From sequence record NC_010821.1: a stretch of 32,000 nucleotides of DNA; one strand, given 5' to 3'. Position numbers and translations under genes: made by a program. Positions 26,232-32,000 of this stretch are shown piece after piece. This DNA comes from Pseudomonas phage 201phi2-1. The notes under the pieces were generated by a model. That model was not told the DNA's origin and did not search any database. It saw only the letters and a list, made by a program, of their open reading frames with translations. How positions within the stretch are numbered: the stretch's first letter is position 1; each line of letters starts with the position of its first letter.

Positions 26232-27043
26232 TGAAAGACCAACTTGGCGATCGGATGAAGATGTTTGAAAACGACTTCATCGTAAAACGTTTTATGCCGG
26301 GACTACCAATTGTAGCTCGCATCGACGGACGAGGCTTTAGTAGATTCACTCGTGGTATGAAACGCCCATACGACCCTGACATGTCGGCTGCTATGATTCA
26401 CACCACTCGTGAATTAGTTAAGCATACCCAAGCCACTGTAGGTTATACTCAGTCGGATGAGATTACTTTGATCTGGTATTCGAACGATTACAAATCAATG
26501 AACTGGTTTGACGGTCGTGTACAGAAAATGGTTAGTCTGTTGGGTTCTCATGCAACGTTGTACTTTAACCAGTACATCATGCAATACATGCCTCAGTATG
26601 CGAAGCGTAATCCGACGTTTGATGCCCGTGTATGGAACGTACCTTCTTTGGAAGAAGCAGCTAACGTCCTAGTGTGGCGTGAATGGGATGCTACCAAGAA
26701 CTCCATTCAGATGGCGGGTCACCACTATTTCAGTAACAAAGAACTCCACAAGAAAAACACCAGTGAGATCCAGGAGATGTTGTGGTCTCAACACGACGTT
26801 AACTGGCATCACTATCCAGTGTTCTTCAAACGGGGTACTTATATTGGCTGGAAACAATTCAGGGCTGGCCGTCGTCTGACCGATGAAGAAATGCTGTTGC
26901 TCCCACCAAAACACCACGCTCACAAGAACGATGGTTGGATTGAGAAAGAGACTCGTGTACTGACTGAACTTAGTCTCCCGCCGATCACTCAGATCGAGAA
27001 CCGGGTTGAATTCTTCTTTGGAGCTAAAACTAAGGGGGTGTAA
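26231..27043 (+). CDS. Thg1-like 3'-5' nucleotidyltransferase (tRNA-His guanylyltransferase family)
   Basis: 'PIVARIDGRGFSRFTRGMKRPYD', 'VGYTQSDEITLIW' metal-binding Asp motifs, and downstream 'FDARVWNVPSLEEAANVLVWREWDATKNSIQMAGHHYF'. Confidence 0.85.
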   Translation: MKDQLGDRMKMFENDFIVKRFMPGLPIVARIDGRGFSRFTRGMKRPYDPDMSAAMIHTTRELVKHTQATVGYTQSDEITLIWYSNDYKSMNWFDGRVQKMVSLLGSHATLYFNQYIMQYMPQYAKRNPTFDARVWNVPSLEEAANVLVWREWDATKNSIQMAGHHYFSNKELHKKNTSEIQEMLWSQHDVNWHHYPVFFKRGTYIGWKQFRAGRRLTDEEMLLLPPKHHAHKNDGWIEKETRVLTELSLPPITQIENRVEFFFGAKTKGV

Positions 27044-27315
27044 TGCAACTACTATTGTTGGTGTTACCATTCTTTACAGCATTCGGCGTTACGTTCTCTG
27101 AGGCTCTCGTGAAGTGCTTCCAGGCTCGTAACATCGCGCAGGGTAAAGAGTGGCATTCTGGATTTACATCAATACTAGTGACCTGTATGAACTTCTCTAC
27201 GTTTGGGTTGTTCTTATACCAAGGGTTTCTGGTATTGATACCAGCGGCATTAGGTGGAGCTATTGGGACAGTACTTTCTATCAAATTACATAAACGTTTC
27301 TTTAAGAAGGGATAA
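27043..27315 (+). CDS. Hypothetical small membrane protein (90 aa)
   Basis: Two hydrophobic segments including NFSTFGLFLYQGFLVLIPAALGGAIGTV. Confidence 0.65.
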   Translation: MQLLLLVLPFFTAFGVTFSEALVKCFQARNIAQGKEWHSGFTSILVTCMNFSTFGLFLYQGFLVLIPAALGGAIGTVLSIKLHKRFFKKG

Positions 27316-27318
27316 GTA

Positions 27319-27543
27319 ATGGAAAATGAGGCCCAATGGATTAATTCCACATGCAAACCTCTCCTTTGGGAAATAATGTGGATCATAAAAAATCCACACT
27401 ACTACGATGACATGGACCATCGGATTACAGTTATTCAGAACATCATGGTCAGGTATCGTCGCAATGACTTAATCAAATCAATCCTACAGTTGAGGGCTAC
27501 CAATGGAATCAAAAGGGTGCATCGCTATAGTGGGCTCACGTGA
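27319..27543 (+). CDS. Hypothetical phage protein (74 aa)
   Basis: Complete ORF; GGGATAAGTA upstream. Confidence 0.55.
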   Translation: MENEAQWINSTCKPLLWEIMWIIKNPHYYDDMDHRITVIQNIMVRYRRNDLIKSILQLRATNGIKRVHRYSGLT

Positions 27544-28162
27544 GGTTCCGTTAGACGAACTAGAGCTATTAATCCGACTGGGTCGTACGTTTACCGATCT
27601 GGGCTACGAGGATAGCTCTGGAGACGCATTCGGGTCTGACCGAGCCGGTTGGGTAGGTGCAAGACAATCGGATCGCTATGACCCACACAGTGCACGTATC
27701 TACCTAGTGGATTCTATCCGCAACCGTAAGCGTGCATTGGAACATGGTTTCAAGATTGCGCAAGACTATCCTGAGAACTGGGTAACCGCAGAAGCGATTG
27801 CCTTAAAGGCTCGGGGCAGTTGGAATGGTATTGATGGACCTCATAACCAATTCAAACGCGACTTACATATTCGCAACGTATTCCAGATCCTAGGTCACAG
27901 TTTAATAGACCCAGCTAAGGCTCTGGTCTATTACGCACCACCTGTGGGTCGTCTAGAACGTGAGGTGGTATCGGGTGGAACTAACACGGCTCTGCAAATT
28001 GCTAAGACTGTGGGAATCGAGAAGCGGTATAACTTAGCTACTAAAGCGGGCTACGATTGGGCTAACGAATTCCTAAAACAATACGAAACCGAAAAAGAAT
28101 ACGAGGAGATCGACTGGCGAGAAATACTAAAGCCTGATGATCCCCGTCTAAGTTACCTGTAG
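27503..28162 (+). CDS. SLOG/DprA-like Rossmann-fold protein
   Basis: 'GCIAIVGSREVPLDELELLIRLGRTFTDLGYEDSSGDAFGSDRA' follows the SLOG pattern; also 'VSGGTNTALQIAKTVGI'. 41-nt overlap with the upstream gene. Confidence 0.65.
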   Translation: MESKGCIAIVGSREVPLDELELLIRLGRTFTDLGYEDSSGDAFGSDRAGWVGARQSDRYDPHSARIYLVDSIRNRKRALEHGFKIAQDYPENWVTAEAIALKARGSWNGIDGPHNQFKRDLHIRNVFQILGHSLIDPAKALVYYAPPVGRLEREVVSGGTNTALQIAKTVGIEKRYNLATKAGYDWANEFLKQYETEKEYEEIDWREILKPDDPRLSYL

Positions 28163-28170
28163 AGGCCACG

Positions 28171-28671
28171 ATGGAATACAAAATTGCTAAAGTAGGGTTG
28201 GGTGAAAAGACTTGTGATGTTCCAGAAGACATCCAACAAAAGATCCATGTCGTGGGAGTCATCTACCACAAAGAGATGTTTCATCTAACTCATGCCACTC
28301 CAAGTGAAGCACTTGATTTCTATGACAACGTCAGTCGACTTACCCTTGAAAATGAATTTGACCCAGCACCTCCTCCAACATGTGTAGACGTCAGTGCCTT
28401 ATCAAGTGTTATGGGTACAAAGAAATATTTTGTAATCAATAAAGTCGCTCAACACAAGGTGACGTATGCCTGTCAGCCAGCATGTTGGTTGGCTTGGTAC
28501 GATGGTCATCCCGATAAGATGTTCTTTGCGCCACTCGACATCTTCTACAGCGATAACCTGAAACGTGTCGAAAGTGAGTGCTGTGTCTATGCATTGAATC
28601 AAGATGTAATTGACCTTAGAATGACCTTCGATGCAGATAGTACGTTTAACGATATCATTAAGGAACTGTAA
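28171..28671 (+). CDS. Hypothetical phage protein (166 aa)
   Basis: Complete ORF. Confidence 0.65.
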   Translation: MEYKIAKVGLGEKTCDVPEDIQQKIHVVGVIYHKEMFHLTHATPSEALDFYDNVSRLTLENEFDPAPPPTCVDVSALSSVMGTKKYFVINKVAQHKVTYACQPACWLAWYDGHPDKMFFAPLDIFYSDNLKRVESECCVYALNQDVIDLRMTFDADSTFNDIIKEL

Positions 28672-29045
28672 TGCGCACCAATCCGATCAAAACTCGCGAG
28701 TCTGATATCCGCGATGTCATCAAAGCTACCTTCGAGCGATTCATTCCAAAAGTCTGGTATGCCTGCTATCAGCTTCCTAAGCACCTGATGGGGAACTATC
28801 AGAAGATCGCTGTGCCGATCAAAGACGAACCTAAGATGCAGGTGACTTTGCAACGTAGTCGGCTTGAAATACTGTACAACGGTGAACTGTATGTCGTAGA
28901 CTGGGAATGTGATCCACGGTCAGCCCAGTTCTCTGGTTTCCTGATCTCCTCCAATTGGGGTAGCCCATCGGGTAGCCTATTCTGCTTCCCTAAGGTCATC
29001 ACTGGATTGACGTGCCACATGGCTGACGTAGCGCAACGGATCTAA
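28671..29045 (+). CDS. Hypothetical phage protein (124 aa)
   Basis: Complete ORF, TAATG coupling. Confidence 0.65.
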   Translation: MRTNPIKTRESDIRDVIKATFERFIPKVWYACYQLPKHLMGNYQKIAVPIKDEPKMQVTLQRSRLEILYNGELYVVDWECDPRSAQFSGFLISSNWGSPSGSLFCFPKVITGLTCHMADVAQRI

Positions 29046-29090
29046 CTTTACTGATCTTGGTTATCTAATGTAATCAATTGGAGTTAACTA

Positions 29091-29450
29091 ATGTCATTTG
29101 AAACTACATTCCGCGGTAACCAGTGGACGCACAGTAGTTCTATTAAAGGTGGGCGACGAGAGATCGTAAAGAAAGGTGTATACGTAATCGACCATCGGAA
29201 CACCGGTAAGTTTATCGTGGGTACGTCTTCGGATGTATCCAAAGAAGTTGATAAACACATGACATTATTAGCCAAAGGGAAGTCCCCGATCAAACAGCTT
29301 CAGCAACAGTATATCGAGGAAGCCCAACGCGAGAATCGTCAACCGGTGTTTGTGGTGATTGAGTATGCGCTCAATTCCGACAAAGATATCAAACGAACCC
29401 TTAAAGAGATCCGTGAGACTAACACGACTCCTTACTGTTTATTAAACTGA
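29091..29450 (+). CDS. Degenerate GIY-YIG-like domain protein
   Basis: 'GVYVIDHRNTGKFIVGTSSDVSKEVDKHMTLLAKGKSPIKQLQQQYIEE...VFVVIEY' follows the GIY-YIG layout but lacks the catalytic Arg position. Confidence 0.5.
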   Translation: MSFETTFRGNQWTHSSSIKGGRREIVKKGVYVIDHRNTGKFIVGTSSDVSKEVDKHMTLLAKGKSPIKQLQQQYIEEAQRENRQPVFVVIEYALNSDKDIKRTLKEIRETNTTPYCLLN

Positions 29451-29458
29451 GGTGTTAT

Positions 29459-30100
29459 ATGCGTGAACATGCTTTACAACAATACACTATTCTGGACGTG
29501 GCGCGAGCCTTTAGCGTAGCCGCGCATTGTGCCGTCGGTCAGAAACGTAAATACAGTGGTGAGGATTATTTCCATCACCCCGAAGAAGTATTGCAAATCT
29601 TGCTGACGTACGAAGATCCAACCCTCGATGCGCAAGTAGCTGCCCTGCTACACGATGTCGTTGAGGACACCCAGGTTAAATTAGATCAAGTCAATCGTAT
29701 CTTTGGTCGCAAGGTGGCTATGTATGTTGAACAGCTCACTGAGGTTTCTAAACCTGGTGATGGTAACCGCGAGGCCCGAAAAGCTTTGGACCTAAAACAT
29801 CTTGAGTTGGCTAGTCACACTGCGATGTGTATTAAGTGCGCCGACTTGATTTCTAACTCACGGAGTATCGTTGAGCGTGACCTGAACTTTGCACGTACGT
29901 ATCTGGTTGAGAAACTCCGCATGCTGAAGGCTATGGAGTATCTGATTGGTGGATGTGCCATCTGGTCAGCTGCACTGGAAGTATGCTATAACGGCATCAA
30001 AAAGATCTGGACATCCCCAGAAGATCAACTGGGTCTGTTCCATCGGGAAGGATTCACTAACATCACCATGGCTATGTTAACACAGGACACTCCAAAATGA
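29459..30100 (+). CDS. RelA/SpoT (MESH1-like) HD-domain phosphohydrolase
   Basis: 'AAHCAVGQKRKYSGEDYFHHPEEV', 'AALLHDVVEDTQV', 'IFGRKVAMYVEQLTEV', 'IKCADLISNSRS'. Confidence 0.8.
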   Translation: MREHALQQYTILDVARAFSVAAHCAVGQKRKYSGEDYFHHPEEVLQILLTYEDPTLDAQVAALLHDVVEDTQVKLDQVNRIFGRKVAMYVEQLTEVSKPGDGNREARKALDLKHLELASHTAMCIKCADLISNSRSIVERDLNFARTYLVEKLRMLKAMEYLIGGCAIWSAALEVCYNGIKKIWTSPEDQLGLFHREGFTNITMAMLTQDTPK

Positions 30101-30504
30101 GTCACGCTTATGCGATGGTAGCTAAACACCTGATGGCGATCAGCACTAATTTCGACAACGGGGTTCCTTATCACTACACTGATCCAGCTAAAGTTGAACA
30201 GATTAAAGCTTTGGTAACTAAGTGTGCAGAAAAGCTAGACTATGGTCTACCGACTTGTGGTACAGCTCACCTTCGCATGAACGTCATTGTTAAAGAATCC
30301 CCTAACAAGGAATCTTGGCAGTACTCAGGGGGTGTGCTGACGTCCCATGATGTTGACGCTCAGATTGAAGCTGCCTGTCAACGAACCCTGAAAGCTAATC
30401 CGGGTAAAGTGGTTAAAGATAAATTGTTGACGTGTCACATTCTAAATGAATGGGGTCGTTACTCCGTAGTGTTCGATTTGGTTATTACGGTAGGATTGGA
30501 ATGA
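30097..30504 (+). CDS. Hypothetical phage protein (135 aa)
   Basis: ATGA overlap with the HD gene. Confidence 0.65.
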   Translation: MSHAYAMVAKHLMAISTNFDNGVPYHYTDPAKVEQIKALVTKCAEKLDYGLPTCGTAHLRMNVIVKESPNKESWQYSGGVLTSHDVDAQIEAACQRTLKANPGKVVKDKLLTCHILNEWGRYSVVFDLVITVGLE

Positions 30505-30893
30505 GTGATCTTAGTGAGATGGTTGAAGCCTTGACTTTGGGTATGGCGCGTAATGCACATTTCCATGAGTGGCTTCCTAAGATGGATAGCGTTGTAGTTA
30601 GCTACAGTTCAGAGGAAGTCTTCCAAGCATTTCAAACCGCTTATTACCTGCAACATGGTGAACACTTTTGCTACACGATTACAGACTGGCTTAAACTAGA
30701 CGTGGAGAGTAAAGCTCAGTTGATTGGCGAGAAAGTCATGTTGATCAAACCCCGAAATGAGATGCAGGGTATTGGTGGAAGTATTCTATTTAATACTCGA
30801 CGTTACTATACACAACGTGGTAACGAGTTCATCGTGCTGAAAGACGCAACTGCCGAAACCGGTAAACCGTACACCCCATCATTTAGCTATTGA
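30501..30893 (+). CDS. Hypothetical phage protein (130 aa)
   Basis: ATGA overlap; MSDLSEMVEALTLG... is preferred over the track start at 30450. Confidence 0.65.
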   Translation: MSDLSEMVEALTLGMARNAHFHEWLPKMDSVVVSYSSEEVFQAFQTAYYLQHGEHFCYTITDWLKLDVESKAQLIGEKVMLIKPRNEMQGIGGSILFNTRRYYTQRGNEFIVLKDATAETGKPYTPSFSY

Positions 30894-30900
30894 GGTTTAT

Positions 30901-31518
30901 ATGTACCCAACTAAAGCCGATTACAAAGCCGCTGTGAATGGTGAGAAGCCATGGCCAGTTAGTCCTACTCCAGTTGATTTTGAAGTACCCGAAGTTAAAG
31001 GTGTCGTATTGAAAGATTCTTTAAAAGTCCCTGATGTACCCGGCGAGGAAGACGGATTCACTAATCACGAATACCGTCTTAATCAAGGTGGTTTGAATGG
31101 CGGTGACTTGTTGGGTACCAGACAGGTGTCTAACCGTGTCATTGTAATCGCCCCAACTATTGAAGACGTCGTAAAGTTCAGTGCTGCACTACCTGAATTT
31201 TTCCGTGTTCATCACCCGATTTCGTTGCCCGATGCAATCGAGCAGAACATTCGACCTGAGCCATGTCAGATCATCCACGTTACACGTGAAGAAGTTAATA
31301 CTTACCGTGATGAAAAACGTGGTCGTGTATTCTTCCTAGCCTACGCTATATTCGAAAACATCGAAGGTTATGGTGGTTGGGTGGATCTACGTGACCAGAA
31401 TGATTGTAAATGGGGTCGTAATCCAGTACGCCATGCACCAGGGTGCACCCGTTCGTTCCAAGTCCTCAACGGTGAAACTACCATCGAAGAAATCAAAGCC
31501 AAGTGTGGTTTCCAATGA
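30901..31518 (+). CDS. Hypothetical phage protein (205 aa)
   Basis: Complete ORF; GAGG upstream. Confidence 0.65.
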   Translation: MYPTKADYKAAVNGEKPWPVSPTPVDFEVPEVKGVVLKDSLKVPDVPGEEDGFTNHEYRLNQGGLNGGDLLGTRQVSNRVIVIAPTIEDVVKFSAALPEFFRVHHPISLPDAIEQNIRPEPCQIIHVTREEVNTYRDEKRGRVFFLAYAIFENIEGYGGWVDLRDQNDCKWGRNPVRHAPGCTRSFQVLNGETTIEEIKAKCGFQ

Positions 31519-31661
31519 AGACTGGTAATTCAAAGCTATTCAGAAAGCTATCGCTCAATCGCCGAAGCAACCGAGTTAGCTCGGCCGCTCGGAACCCATC
31601 TAAATTGTCAACCCCTATCCCTAACTGGTGGAAGGCGGTTAATGTTAAGGACTCTCTATGA
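31515..31661 (+). CDS. Small basic hypothetical protein (48 aa) missed by the ORF track
   Basis: MKTGNSKLFRKLSLNRRSNRVSSAARNPSKLSTPIPNWWKAVNVKDSL*, coupled by ATGA overlaps to both neighbours. Confidence 0.6.
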   Translation: MKTGNSKLFRKLSLNRRSNRVSSAARNPSKLSTPIPNWWKAVNVKDSL

Positions 31662-31999
31662 GAAGAGGCGGTTATAAACAAGTTCCCCGTGAATGGTCAC
31701 AAGACGCCATTCACAAAATGATTCAAGCAGTCTACCACCTAAAGTATTACCTACCACGTCGTGATCGTCAGGAACCATTTGAGATCACCTATAATGACGT
31801 GACCATAATGTTCTATCCTAATGGGATTGACTATGGCATCGGTCAAGGTCCTAACGGATACCTTAACCAGATTAAGTGGGAGAACATCACTCATGGCGAT
31901 GCCCTCGTACCAACAGTAAGTAACCTCACACCGTTGATTGAGACAGTTCGTAACGGTTTGGGTCCCCTCCTCAGACATTGGCTGGATACTACAGAATGA
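31658..31999 (+). CDS. Hypothetical phage protein (113 aa)
   Basis: Complete ORF ending at the window edge, ATGA overlap upstream. Confidence 0.65.
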   Translation: MRRGGYKQVPREWSQDAIHKMIQAVYHLKYYLPRRDRQEPFEITYNDVTIMFYPNGIDYGIGQGPNGYLNQIKWENITHGDALVPTVSNLTPLIETVRNGLGPLLRHWLDTTE

Positions 32000-32000
32000 C

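Noticed and set aside
1-32000. CRISPR arrays, IS elements, integrase or tandem repeat arrays
   Set aside because: No regularly spaced direct repeats and no transposase or integrase motifs seen. Repeats noticed are hairpin terminators and promoter-like motifs.

Overview
This window is densely packed phage DNA, about 45 mostly plus-strand ORFs with short gaps and frequent ATGA/TAATG-type overlaps. It is most consistent with a jumbo, phiKZ-like myovirus; the host, probably a Pseudomonas or relative, is inference. One compact minus-strand block (12998-17448) holds two virion-like proteins and an SNF2-family helicase. Recognisable plus-strand products are a thymidylate kinase-like protein with a long C-terminal extension, a putative Rv2179c-like DEDD exoribonuclease, a signal-peptide-bearing 8-Cys protein, a Thg1-like 3'-5' nucleotidyltransferase, a SLOG/DprA-like Rossmann protein, a degenerate GIY-YIG-like protein and a RelA/SpoT/MESH1-type HD phosphohydrolase. 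The most intriguing non-coding signal is a ~175-nt orphan structured RNA locus (about 19024-19200). It has its own extended -10-type promoter, an internally pairing body and a UUCG-capped terminator. A second signal is a bipartite promoter-like motif, TATATTAC-N5-TGWATT, repeated at three gene starts with fixed spacing, plus a variant at a fourth. It resembles the published phiKZ early promoter. No CRISPR array, standard tRNA or transposon was found. All family calls come from reading motifs; no database search was run.
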